Assembly (NCBI GenBank): GCA_964016885.1
Contig: OZ024743.1
Location: forward strand, 358,360,001-358,424,000
DNA: 64,000 nt
Reading direction: 5' to 3'
Source: Eledone cirrhosa
Lineage: Eukaryota
Shown here: piece after piece, positions 13,297 through 29,425 of the stretch
How the letters are laid out: each line of letters opens with the position of its first letter
How positions within the stretch are numbered: the stretch's first letter is position 1
Program-made: the position numbers and the translations under genes
Notes under the pieces: generated by a model
What the model saw: only the letters and a program-made list of their open reading frames with translations
The model's database searches: none
What the model was told of the DNA's origin: nothing

Positions 13297-13484
13297 ATAT
13301 AGAATGGCTTCTACAGGACTAGAACTGTTTTATTCTGGAGAAATCATCAGGAAGTCCTGATGATTTCTCCCGAATGAAACAGTTTTAGTCCTGCAGAAGC
13401 CATTTCTATATTAAATATTTATACTCTGCTATGTATTGAGTACCTTACTTACTGTGGTTACCTCCGATTGAACCCGAGATAAAC
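13291..13484. mobile_element. Small head-to-head palindrome with CTGATGA...GAAA motif on both arms
   Basis: Arms ~13291-13351/13356-13418; CTGATGA-t-ttc-tccc-gaa-t-GAAAC at 13357. Extra tail to 13484, TA flanks. Confidence 0.7.
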
Positions 13485-14235
13485 ATATATATATATATGT
13501 GAAGTTCACTGAGGAGATGGGACTGTCCGCCTTTCCGTTATTTATTCCATTTTCTTTGTCCTGTGCGCCCTCTATTTTAAATATAAATATTCTAAAGAGT
13601 TAGTCATGCAGGCTTTGTTTGAAACTGTCATATAATAGACAAAAGACCACCCGACCTGTTTTCCTCAATTCCCCCTTCTAAGCTTTTCTGCGCCTCAGTG
13701 TCATTCTTCTTTGTTTGCACGTTCAACTACAGTCCTCTTCTGTTTCACTATCTCTCTCCTTTCTATATTTTTTCTCCTTTGGCTAAGCAACTTGCACACT
13801 ATATTTGTGTAATTTGCCTAAAAGCATAACTTGTCTCCACCTGTTTTGTTATGTTACAATATGCACTGGAATGAACGGTATCGACCTTAATAAATACCGA
13901 AACCGTAGTGAGTTCCCAAGGTTGACAAAGGAGATGGAACTGTCCGTCTTTCCGTTGTTTTTTCCACAGTGTTTCAATGGAAAAAAGAACGTTTCTTTCT
14001 TTTCTTGTTCGTTCCTATCGATTATTCGTTTTTATCGATTAATTTCTTTTCCGGCGAAGGACTAACGTCCAAAAAGTTAATTCTCTTTTCATCACTGTAC
14101 TGTACTGTTCTCATGTGTCGTTTTTCCTTGTTGACTTTTTGCATATATATATATAACATATATACATATATATATATATATATAACATACATACATATAT
14201 ATATACAACATACATATATATATATATATATATAT

Positions 14236-14468
14236 CACCTTGACCGACCAGTCTGTCGGGCGCCAATCGGCTCGCTGGTCGTGTTGTTTTAGCCATAAGA
14301 TAACGCCATCCCACTGGCTGGGCGGGCAGGCCGGTACCCGTTTCTACAGCTGAGTAAACTGGAGCAACGTCAAATAAAGTGTCTTGCTCAAGGAAACAAC
14401 ACATCACCCGGTCCGAGAATTGAACTCACAACCTTTCGATTGCAAGCCCAATGCTCTAACCACTTCAC
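14236..14468 (-). mobile_element. CORE-like tRNA-derived SINE (second family; related copy 21225-21335 plus)
   Basis: GTGGTTAGAGCATTGGGCTTGCAATCGAAAGGTTGTGAGTTCAATTC...CCTTGAGCAAGACACTTTAT. Confidence 0.75.
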
Positions 14469-14540
14469 AGATATCGATATATATATATATATATATATAC
14501 ATGCATACATTTTTATACACACACTCATACACATAAACAT

Positions 14541-17547
<3,007 letters not shown>

Positions 17548-17551
<4 letters not shown>

Positions 17552-18242
17552 GTAAGTATGCATGTATACGTACATACATATATGTATACAGACGTACAGT
17601 AGCATGCACATATATATATATATATACATATATATATACATATGCATACAGGTACACATACATATATGCACGTATCAGTTTAGCGGCGCTAACGTCGCTT
17701 TGTTCGTTTGTAAACAAACTGAATACTTACATTTAAGTAAGTGCCATACTAAGAGTGAGAAATGAAATTTCGTTTTCATTTTGTTTCAATTTATCGTTTT
17801 CGGTATGCCTGACCGATTTAACTCACTCAATATGCAAATTAGGCTGCTCAGCCGTTAATTTTCATAAGGAAAGTATATACTTTCGAACGTTCAACTATCT
17901 GGCAGATGGGTAAACGGTGCTGATGATAGCTAACAAGCTTGAAACTAGTACATCGTTCCTGTGTCAGTGTTGAACAAAAAGGTGACGTGGTTGCCTTAAC
18001 ACCGTATGGCATAAATTCAGGCTGTTCAGTTTGTTTACAAACGAACAAAGCGACGTTAGCGCCGCTAAACTGATACGTGCATATATGTATGTGTACCTGT
18101 ATGCATATGTATATATATATATATATGTGCATGCTACTGTACGTCTGTATACATATATGTATGTACGTATACATGCATACTTACATTTAAGTAAGTGCCA
18201 TACTAAGAGTGAGAAATGAAATTTCGTTTTCATTTTGTTTCA

Positions 18243-18248
<6 letters not shown>
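17548..18248 (+). mobile_element. Non-autonomous HHR element: 454-bp unit with 72-bp terminal direct repeat plus inverted arm (retrozyme-like)
   Basis: Direct repeat 17723-17794 = 18177-18248. 17548-17723 is the reverse complement of ~18025-18188. TA flanks. Confidence 0.8.
17913..17957 (+). ncRNA. Minimal type I hammerhead ribozyme
   Basis: aacggtg-CTGATGA-t-agct-aaca-agct-t-GAAA-cta-GTA-catcgtt. 7-bp helix I, palindromic ACTAGT helix III, GUA cleavage triplet. Confidence 0.85.
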
Positions 18249-18325
<77 letters not shown>

Positions 18326-18659
18326 ACAGTTATGCATGCTATCTATAAGATCTTGTAATATTTGTAACTAGTAGACAATTGTCTGTTTTATTTTCCTGTA
18401 TCGGATAAATGTTTTGTTAAACTGGAGCAATCCATTTTTTATATTGTGATGTGAAATTAATTGTCGATCAGGCAAAATCCAGACATGATGGATATTCTCT
18501 TTGTCCCTCCTCCTCTCTAATTGTCTCTCATGCCTACATACACACTGCCATGTTCACTTACACATTCAATTAGTTGGAAGGGGTTGTTGTAATGGCTATG
18601 GGACCAAAATAAGAGCCATCACTACTGTTTCTATAAATACAATATCAAATAAATAAATA

Positions 18660-18968
18660 ATAATTGTTTCTACTTTTAGCACAAGACCAGAAATTTGAAG
18701 GGAAGGGGAAAGTCGAATATATCGATCCCAGTGCTTTACTGGTACTTTATTTTCCCAGTCCCGTAAAGATGAAAGGCAAATTTGACCTCGGTGGGGTTTA
18801 GATTTAACAAATACTGTTAAACACAAGGCCAGCAATTTTGGGGGTAAGGGAAATTCGATTAAATCGACCCCAGTGCATTACTGGTGCTTTATTGTATCGA
18901 CCCCGTAAGGATGAAAGGCAAAACTAACCTCGGCGGGATTTGAACTAAGATCGTAAAGGGCCGTAACT
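18660..18968 (-). mobile_element. Two partial SINE copies in tandem
   Basis: Core and tail seen twice (~18660-18800, ~18820-18968). Confidence 0.8.
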
Positions 18969-19014
18969 TTCATAGACGTCTAAAGCATTTGGTTGGTAAC
19001 GTGAAGGACAACGC

Positions 19015-19520
19015 TTGTAATAAAAGATAGAAGTAAGAAAAATGTTGATAGAAAAACGAGAAAGTTAATGACATTGTACAGAACTTTACACCCTAAAGCA
19101 AATATAAATAAATTGTTCATGAAGAGAAAAAATGATGGTAGAGGTCTCATCAGTGTGAATTATTGTATAAGGAGTGAAAAGAGAACACTTGCAGAATATT
19201 TGCTAAACAATATGCAGCAGACTATTTGGGTATAAATGCAGATGAAATTTTCGGTAAGGAAGAGTTTAATCAAAACGTTGAAGATAAGAGAAAAGATCTT
19301 CTGGAAATGAGAACGCATGGTCAGTTTGAAAGAAATACACAGGGTATCAAGGATAAAATAACATCGTGGATATGGCTTAAGCAAAGCAATTTGAATCGTG
19401 CTACTGAAAACTTTATACAGCACAAAATCAAGCTCTTGCTACCAATTCGGTGAAGTTTAACATCTACAAAACTTCTGACAACCACAAATGCAGACTCTGT
19501 GAAAAGAATGTAGAAAATGA
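19015..19520 (+). mobile_element. R4/Dong-type non-LTR retrotransposon fragment
   Basis: LHPKANINKLFMKRKNDGRGLI, HGQF, SWIWLKQSNL..ATE, AQNQALATN, KCRLCEKNVE; with frameshifts. Confidence 0.7.
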
Positions 19521-19829
19521 AAAAGTCGACGAGGGCTTGACCGAAAAAAAATGTGGCTGTCTTCAGTCGTTTCAGTCGCTTCCTCTACACAACCTCTTTC
19601 GCCATAGTCACCAGATAGAGAAAAACTGTTTACCTTTTCCGGCCAAAAGAAGTTGGGCAGAAGTGATCTTTACTTGCCGCAATGGTGCCAAATGAAAATA
19701 ACTGTGCAAATCAGACAAAGCCCCAAATGTTTTGATTTCACTTCAATAGGCAATGGCGGCGTGAAGGTGATTTATAGGGTTCAAAAGTAATTATGTGCTT
19801 ACCCTTCTTAATAATATCTTAGTAAAACA

Positions 19830-20022
19830 ATAATTGTTTCTACTTTTGGCACAAGGCCAGCAATTATCCCAGTACATTACTGGTACTTTATTTTATCGAC
19901 CCCGTAAGGATGAAAAGCAAAGTTAACCTCGGCGGGATTGGAACTCAGAACGTAAAGGGCCATAACTCTAAGCTGTAAAGCATGGTGTCTGACGCTCTAC
20001 CGATGCTGCCAATTCACCGCCC
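19830..20022 (-). mobile_element. SINE, full length
   Basis: A/B boxes, core, tail; flanked by a direct repeat CTTAGTAAAACAATAAT. Confidence 0.9.
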
Positions 20023-22307
20023 ACCTTAGTAAAACAATAATGTGAATTTCTTATACTAACGCAATAGGATTGCAAAACAAAAAGAATACAACATAGTTTC
20101 CTTTTTACACTGTCCATTTCAATCGTTTTAAACTGGGGAGCTTATATAAAATAGTCAACATTCTAGAGAAAAGCAACCAATTCTCTTTCAAATTACGCAA
20201 AATCAGACTTAATACATTCATTACTATAACTTTTTACGAAAGACACTGCCTATAATTTTGAAAGTAATTAAAAATTTGGAAGGATTTGAGAATATAACGA
20301 ACATTCTTATTATTAAAATGGTGTCTGGAAGATAAAGTTTCTTACATAAATATTGATAGAATATTTTAGGTAAAGTAAACAGTTTTGTATCGTAAAATCA
20401 TGGGTGGTTTCGGGCGGTTTCATATCAAAAGGGTTAAAAGGCACATCGAATACTGTAATCATACATATACAAAACACGACCGGAGCACCTTTGATTACAG
20501 GTGTGCTAAATCAGGAATGGCTTCAGATTAAACAACAACAAGAAACATAAAAACAGCAACAGCCAATGGCCAAAGAACAAACAAAAACGATAAACTTCAT
20601 ATGTCTGGGGAGGAGAGAGAGAGACTAACAGGCAGATTCATAGTTAGATACGTAGATCATATACGTGGATTGATTATAAAGGTTGTCATTCGGTTCATAT
20701 CTACATGATTGATGCATCAATATTCTGGTCGTTTACAAATACGATATTACTGGTGTGAACTTATAAAAAAACAGCCAGGAAGAATGTGCAAATAACTCCC
20801 ACTGTCTCCAATATTTTGAACATAACATTCTTGTAAATCTTAGTCTCACCCACCCAAATACCCACTGGGATTTATCAAGGTGATAGTTTTTTTTTCTGAT
20901 CTTCAATTTGTGTAGGTTTTCTGACTTTTATACTTTGCCCATAAATAAAAGATCGATTTGAGGTATTATTTAACGAAAAACCGATTTCTAAGGTTAGTCG
21001 CCTGACAATGGGGGCACTCCCATACAGCCCACATTTGGTTAGTGGGGACAGATAGTCCTAAAACTATCATTTTGTTGAGTATTCATCCGGCAGTAGATCG
21101 AAAATGACTGGATAGGAAAAGAAAATGGAAGACAAGTTAATGCACCATCGCAAATTCATAGATACAGTAAGAGATCTGCATCTTGAATGAAGATTTGAAT
21201 GAAGAGGACATTAGATTGTTATTTAGTGGCTTGTGGTTAGAGAATTGGAATCGCAATCGTGAAGTTACGAATCCGACTCCCGAACCGGGCGATGCGTTAT
21301 GTCCTCGAGCAAGACACTATATTTCATGTTATTCTTTCTGCCAGGGATTGCAACAAGTAGATAGGTAGATAGTATCAGCAATGGAAAGATCAATGAAACC
21401 ATTGTTTCCTTGATTTCACGAGTTCCACCCATTCGGTAAGAGAATGAGGTCTGGGATCTTGTCGATCGATTCGATAGATTTAGGCTGAACAATAAAATGT
21501 AGATAACATGTGACTAGCCTGTTGGATGATTCTCACCTTCGTATGTGATGGATAACGAAAAGCTAGATAAATATGTGTGGTTATATGTATTATTGGCAGA
21601 TCAAAGCAAAACTACGAGTGTCAATGTTATGAGAATAGGAACAAAAAATAATTTTGTAAGAATGAAAAAAGCATTTGAATGATAAAGATATTATTATATT
21701 TTGAGTACCAGACATAACATCTAGTTTATAGCATTCGACTACAACATAGAATTACATACAATGTTTCGCAATTGTGATAATCCACTAAAACAGAATTACA
21801 TGATATATCACACACACACACAAATGGACAAATATGTAGTCAAAGATTATGATAGGAAGCTCTGGAGTGTCCAGAAACAGTTGAAGATTATATGTTACTT
21901 TCCTAGCTAACAAAAAATGTGTGTACCATTATAATGATGAAAAAGATAGCAAAGCAAATGTAACTACAGACATAAATTTCTTGCCACAAATTGGTTTGAA
22001 TTCCCAACAGCTAAAATAGAAAAAAATAAATTCAATGGTAAAATGAATCAAGGACATAACATATCTTCTGGCAAATCATCAACAAGCTTTGTTTTAAAGG
22101 TAGAGACTATATCACAGAAACTTGGAATGTAAATTTGGAATGTAAATTAATGTTTTGATTTTTACGAGGTTTAGTCGAATCTAATGAGACCAGATATGTC
22201 CACATATTTCGCAGTAGTTTCTCCATAAAAAAAATCTAAAAGGTGGCTAGGCAATATAAAATGTATTCTTTCCAAGGAATAGAAAATAACTAATGCAAGC
22301 TATTCTA

Positions 22308-22760
22308 ATAATGGTTTCTTATATAGGCACAAGGCCAGCAATTATGGGGGAGGAGAAAGTCGATTAAATCGACCCCAGTACGTTACTGGTACTTTATTTT
22401 ATCGACCCTGTAAGGATGAAAGGTTAAGTTAACCTCGGCGGGATTTGAACTGAGATCATAAAGGGCGGTAACTCTATGCTGCAAAACATGGTGCCCAACC
22501 CTCTACCGATACTGCCAATCCACCTCCCTAAGCTATTCTAATAAGGATTTCTAGTATAGGCCCAAGGCCAGTAATTTGGAGGGAGGGGAAAGTCGATTAA
22601 ATCGACCTTATTGCGTTATGGCACTTTATTTTATCGGTCCCGTAAGGATGAAAGGTAAAGTTAACCTCGGCGGGATTTGAACTCAGATCATAAAGGACCG
22701 TAACTCTATACTGCAAAGATGGTGTCCGACTCTCTACCGTTACTGCCAATCCACCGCCCT
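22308..22760 (-). mobile_element. Tandem pair of full-length SINEs
   Basis: Two copies separated and flanked by AAG(C/T)TATTCTAA. Confidence 0.9.
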
Positions 22761-23103
22761 AAGTTATTCTAACACTGATAAGTATTTTCGAACTTTATGA
22801 GAAAAGGTATCGCCTTTCAAATATTCCGTGCAGCAGCAGCAAAAACTTTTATGTCCCCAGCTGACTGCTACGAAAACAATAATTCGTTTCATGTTTTTGT
22901 ATGTCTGAATGGCTACATACGTGTGGCTAAATAAAAGAAATTATCATTGTATATTACATACCTTTTATTTTCCAATCGTTATCTGATCCTCGTAAACTCC
23001 CATAGTGCGTGTGACCTGCCCTTGTAATATCCCACTCTCACTCATCTGGCGCCCTTGTGGAAAATACAGGAAATCAGCATCACATCATCATCATCATTTT
23101 TAC

Positions 23104-23330
23104 AGTGGATTGGCAGTATAGGTAGAGCGTCAGACACCATGCTTTGCAGCATAGAGTTATGGCCCCTTTGCGTTCTGAATTCCAATCCCGCCGAGGTTAG
23201 CTTTGCCTTTCATCCTTGCAGGATCGATAAAATAAAGTACCAGTAACATACTGTGGTCGATTTAATCAACTTTCCCCTCCTCCAAAAATTGCTGGCCTTG
23301 TGCCTAAATCAGAAACCATTATTATTATTA
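23104..23330 (+). mobile_element. SINE, full length
   Basis: A/B boxes, core, (ATT)n tail. Confidence 0.9.
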
Positions 23331-24693
23331 TTTCTGAACTATGCACTACGTTATTTTCGCTGTATTTTGTTGATTTTCACCTGTTTCTGAAACGTTTTTG
23401 TTTGAAATTTTTGTAGATTTCTCTGACTGAATCGACCAACTTCTGAGAGAGTTATTTGTTTTCCCCTTACTTTTGGCCCCTAAAGGGCTAAAGCTGCATT
23501 TATTTTGTTGTTTTACCTCCCCACCACACACACAGAGACAGATTAAAATAGAGCGGGTACCTAAATGTCTTCCCCTAAGAAGAGTAACGGTGTGGTGCAG
23601 GAAGAAAGTAAGAAGACCAACGTTACCACCACTACTACAGACGCTGCAAACAGCAACAACAACAACAACTCTGTGCGGGGAAAGTATGAAGTTAATGTCC
23701 TGCTTTTAAAGATCTAATTCCGCCGGTACATTCACAGGAACAACAAAATAACACGAATACTAACACCACCAACAACTTCACCACAACCACTACAACACAA
23801 AATGTAATAGAAGGAAACAACAAAAATAACAGTAATTCAGACAACGACAACAACACAAATGACAACATGAACAACAACTACTACAACAATATATTTGTTG
23901 CAACGGCTGCCAAAGTAAAAGAACTTTTTAACATGAACATTTTAGAAAAACCTACATGTTTGACCCAAGCGGCCAAACTGACCAAACTATAGGCTGACAT
24001 AACCAATAATCACGAGGTGTTGGCAGAAACACAAAATAACTTTAACATATAAATGTGCATCCACGAACACGAAACGGCTGGAGCTAGCGAATCAGACCGA
24101 CGTAGTGCTACCGGAGAGGATTGCCAATTCGACATAAACTCTGCAAATATGGAAACGCCGTCAGCGGGGACTGTCCGAGAAACTACCCTGCTTGCACTCG
24201 TCCAATGTCCGAGCATTGCTAACTTGTGGTTTTGTGTCGAACACCTACTGTCACGTGGAAGACGGATCCAGTTATCAGCTTAGTCCATCGTGAAGATCTC
24301 CCCACGGTCATCCTTTAACCAGGAAGAGCGGGATGTTTTTATCTGCTTAGTGGACATGGCTAAAGTTTCACTTGAAAAGGAAAATCCAATTGGGGAGGGA
24401 AGTGCTGCCGTCCAAACAATTTGTTGAAAAGTCGATGCGAGTGACGAGCATGGTCCGAAAGAACGGGCTTGCTCTGCGTATGCGCCTGTAATTTATAGGT
24501 GACTTTTATAGGCTTTCCACGTATAATCCTCGGAAGTCTCCCTGATATTGGAGAAGTTTTCTTTTGTTTTAATTCTTTACATCTTTGTAGTTTTTCACTC
24601 ATCAAATTTTACACGCAAAAACCGACATTGTGTCGTCCTGTGCCATGTTTAATATTTCTTTGATGTAAGCCCTGTACAGGTAATAAAAATCAT

Positions 24694-24914
24694 TTGGCAG
24701 TATCGGTAGAGGGTCGGATGCCATGCTTTGCAGCATAGAGTTACGGCTCTTTATGATCTGAGTTCAAATCCCGCCAAGGTTAACTTTGCCTTTCATCCTT
24801 ACGGGGTCGATAAAATAAAGTACCAATCACGCACTGGGGTCGATTTAATCGACTTTCCCTTTCCCAAAAATTGCTGGCCTTGTGCCTATATAAGAAACCA
24901 TTATTATTATTATT
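24694..24914 (+). mobile_element. SINE
   Basis: A/B boxes, core, (ATT)n tail. Confidence 0.9.
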
Positions 24915-24950
24915 AATTTAATTCGTTTTCCTAACCTTTCTGCCAATTCG

Positions 24951-25056
<106 letters not shown>

Positions 25057-25456
25057 CATGGTCTAGCAAATAGAGAAGAAGTTTTAAAATAAATTTCAAA
25101 AAGTTCACTGTACTTACTATATGTGCCTTTACCGCGCGGTTTCAAACCCCAAAATAAATAGACAATCCATGCGGATTTTCATTGAGAAAGGGAATTTTCG
25201 TCAGAGGGCTTTTCTCGCTCGGAGAATATAGAATTCCCGAGTTCAAATCGCCATACAAAACTGTTCCCGAATGAGAGTGAATGATGAACAAGGTGTCAGA
25301 GTATCATCATTAAGCTTATTCAGGTGTGACGCGCGTTTCGCGAATGATCATACTATGCATTAAGTTGTGTGTGTGTGTGTGTGCGCGCGCGCCAGTGTGT
25401 GTGTGCGCATGCATGTATGGACATAGCATTACTATTGTTATTATTAGAATGCATTA

Positions 25457-25751
25457 AGGTGGTGGATTGTCAGGATTGTTAAAACATTGAAAAAAGGCTG
25501 AGCAGTATTTGTTCTGACTCTTTGACTTTCATTCTTCCGGGGTCGATAAAATATAGCACCAGTTAATTACTGGAGTCGATATATTTGACATTTTCCCCAA
25601 AAATAATTGTTGGACTTGTGCCTAAATTAGAAAGCATTATTATTAGTGAGGTTAACTTTGCCTTTCATCCTTACGGGGTCGATAAAATAAAGTACCAGTA
25701 ATACACTGGGTAATTGCTGGCCTTGTGCCTAACGTAGAAACAATTATTATT
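25457..25751 (+). mobile_element. Diverged SINE followed by 5'-truncated SINE
   Basis: Core motif seen twice. Confidence 0.75.
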
Positions 25752-25755
25752 AGTA

Positions 25756-26442
25756 CTAGCAGAAAAACCACCCTACGGATGGTTTTCTGCTAGCATGTGT
25801 ACTGATATTATATACAAAGGGTGGTGGATTGGCAGTATCGGTAGAGGGTTGGACGCCATGCTTTCCAGCATAGTTACGTCCCTTTACGATCTGAGTTCAA
25901 ATCCCGCCGAGGTTGACTTTGCCTTTCATCCTTACGGGGTCGATAAAATAAAGTACCAGTAATGCACTGGGTAATTGCTGGCCTTGTGCCTAAAGTAGAA
26001 ACAATTATATACAAATATATATACATGTGGATATGATACATCAAATAAAATCGTAATTGACAATATACACAGAAATTGAACGAAGACTGTGTTACACTCT
26101 CTTATGTAATCAGTAAAGTAATCCATGATATATTAAAAAAAGACGACATTATATATAAACTGCATTAGGAGAAAATTAGCGAAGGAAATATATGCGATAT
26201 TTTTATATGTGTTATAATATAACGGCCGCTAACCGGAAGTGTTGACATTTGAAAATTTTAAAGAAGTGAATTTTAAAGGTCTTTAAATAAGCTATAAAAT
26301 ATATTTAATCAACAGCCACGAAATTTAGCACATAAATTATGTAATATTCATTCATTATTTATTCAAAGTAATCCAACTTATTTTACAAACGGGATAAAAA
26401 AATATATTCAGGACGCAACTCCGCACTCCTTTCTTTATTATA
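25756..26442 (-). mobile_element. Non-autonomous Helitron interrupted by a SINE
   Basis: 3' hairpin-CTAG at 25756-25793 homologous to 49029-49065; 26230-26290 homologous to 1210-1260. Confidence 0.6.
25819..26005 (+). mobile_element. SINE, full length, with TSD
   Basis: A/B boxes and core; TTATATACAAA on both sides. Confidence 0.9.
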
Positions 26443-26470
26443 GTTACGATTATTTTATATATATACATAC

Positions 26471-26508
<38 letters not shown>

Positions 26509-26513
26509 ACATA

Positions 26514-26676
<163 letters not shown>

Positions 26677-27623
26677 GTCTTTTTGCGTTGAAATCCCGCT
26701 GAAGCTGCCTTTACCATTTATCCTTCCAGAGTCAATAAAGCTAGAACCATTCATATCCTAGGATCGATATAATCCACTATACCATCTCCAAAACGTTATG
26801 GCCTTGTGCTTATGTCAGAAATCACTAATCATTCGTATTAACGATTTACAATAACTTCTGACAATACATAATTTTACCTTTTCTTTTCTTTCTACTGAAA
26901 ATTGACGCAAGAATAGTTCATGTCAGATCTACACCTCTGCCCACAAAAGAATCAAGTCGTAACAATTGAGAGATACAAGAACGGTGAATCCCTAAATAGA
27001 CGAATTTGTAAATAGAAAGCCATTAGCTTTATCATGAAAAAGTTTCAATGGGAAGCCATCATTTTCATTTATAGACCCATTATTTCATTTGTTTGTGTTT
27101 CGTTTTATGGATCATCCATTATTTTGAATGCCGATAAATTCTTTCAATTTTTAAGACACATTTTCCTACTGCAGATCAATCATTTCAGCTGCTGACTCAT
27201 TGTTGCGATTCATCAATTCCGAGCAATAACTTTACGTGTTGATCCATCATTTTAATTGTCGATTCACTGCTTCTTTTTACTGATCAACTATCTTAATTGC
27301 TGATCCGCAATATCTAACATTTTGATCAATGAACCATCTCTCAATACACCATTTACGTTGTCAAGTGACCGTATCATTTGTCAGTTTAACGTTTTGCTTG
27401 TCAATCTGCCGTTTCGATGATGAATCCATTTCATGACTGTATGAGATATTTCTATACAAAATCTCTACATTTGGCATAATAAGCGATAGCTTCGCTCTTT
27501 CGTGCCACTACCCCACTCCTCCTACAACAATTTATCAATATTAGGGTATCTTGAACAGGGCTGACTAAGACTTAAACAATATTTATATATCCATCTATAT
27601 GTTTCTCCCTCTCTCCCCCTCTT

Positions 27624-27654
<31 letters not shown>

Positions 27655-27707
27655 ATGTGTGTGTGTGTGTGTGTGCGTGCGTGTGTGCGTGTGTGCGTGT
27701 GCGCGTG

Positions 27708-27756
<49 letters not shown>

Positions 27757-27807
27757 CTATGGCATCCAACCGATCTAAATTCCCCACAATATATATGTGT
27801 GTGTGTG

Positions 27808-27925
<118 letters not shown>

Positions 27926-27965
27926 TATGTAGGGATATATATGTATGTATATATATATATATATA

Positions 27966-28071
27966 TGTACACACATAGTTATCGTCTGATGACCCTGCGA
28001 GTAAGTAGGTGAAACTCCACAGTAACAAGACTCACAATTTAGTCTCAATAAAATGAATATATATTTATATA

Positions 28072-28158
<87 letters not shown>

Positions 28159-28510
28159 CGGTCCGCTGCTTTCTAGAAGTCTTATATATTTTTATGTGGG
28201 CTGATAGAGGGCGGTTTAAGGATTTACAGAAACCCAAGAAGCTAGATTTACCATCTTTCTAGCGGGTCCGGGTATGCTTTTTACATTCATTTGATTTATT
28301 GAGTTATTGATATTTTATCTGAGTGTCCCGAATCTTCCAGATCGTAATTTTTCGGTCGTATGGTTGATTTTAGACATGTTCTATGTGTGTCGGTATTTTA
28401 ACGATAGTTATAGCTCTGATTTATCTGAATTATTGAGCCCTCTGCCGCTCATTTCGAATTTTGTTTATCGTGAACTCGTGCGCCGATTTTTCGATACTCG
28501 ATTATTCTAC

Positions 28511-28593
<83 letters not shown>

Positions 28594-28682
28594 ATATATT
28601 CATTTTATTGAGACTAAATTGTGAGTCTTGTTACTGTGGAGTTTCACCTACTTACTCGCAGGGTCATCAGACGATAACTATG

Positions 28683-28692
<10 letters not shown>
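27966..28692. mobile_element. Convergent inverted pair of HHR-bearing 3' ends
   Basis: 27966-28070 is the reverse complement of ~28588-28692. CTGATGA-c-cctgc..gtagg-t-GAAA-ct..a-GTA at 27986-28024. Confidence 0.75.
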
Positions 28693-28742
<50 letters not shown>

Positions 28743-29269
28743 GGGAAGAAAGAGGAAAACTGCGTGGTTGCACTTGGGTTACATATTATAAAATTAGTCC
28801 CTCATCAGTGATTTGCCAACCATACATATATATCCCTTCTTTCAATTTTAAAGTTAGATTTAAGGATCGATATTTTGATTTGTTAATCTCTTTTGTGTGG
28901 AATCTGACCTAGTTAATAGTCTGTTGAACTACTGACCGAAGGTCCTCAAGTCCGTATACTGCCAAGAAAACTGCATCATCTATATAGAGAAGTCCTTTAG
29001 ATCTCTTGCTCAATGTATCTACCACAGTAAGTACACCCCAGAAAACAATACCGTATAATTGATTTCTACCCCAAAAGCACAATGCAACTTATTAGATTAG
29101 TAATCAACTGCACCTTATTTTATTGACCAAGGGAAATTGAAGCGCAAAGTCGGCCTTGTTAAGATTGGAAATCAAAATGTAAGGGTACACAACTAAATGT
29201 TACGAATCATTTGTTTGTCACGCTAAAGATTCTGAAAATCACCGCTGAAAATCACGCTTCATTATTTCC

Positions 29270-29425
29270 CTTTATATTCTGAGTTCAAATCCCGCTGAAG
29301 TTAGCTTTGCATTTCATCCTTACGGTGTCGATAAAATAAAGCACCTGTATGGCACTGGGGTCAATTTAATCGACTTTCCCCTCCCCCTAAATTGCTGGCC
29401 TTGTGCCTATAGTAGAAATTATTAT
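29270..29425 (+). mobile_element. SINE, 5'-truncated
   Basis: B box, core, tail. Confidence 0.8.

Noticed and set aside
23692-23877. Hydrophobic membrane peptide ORF
   Set aside because: Antisense of CAA-rich low-complexity sequence.
25325-25345. Complete hammerhead (minus strand GAAACGCGCGTC)
   Set aside because: No CTGANGA box upstream; at best a half motif.
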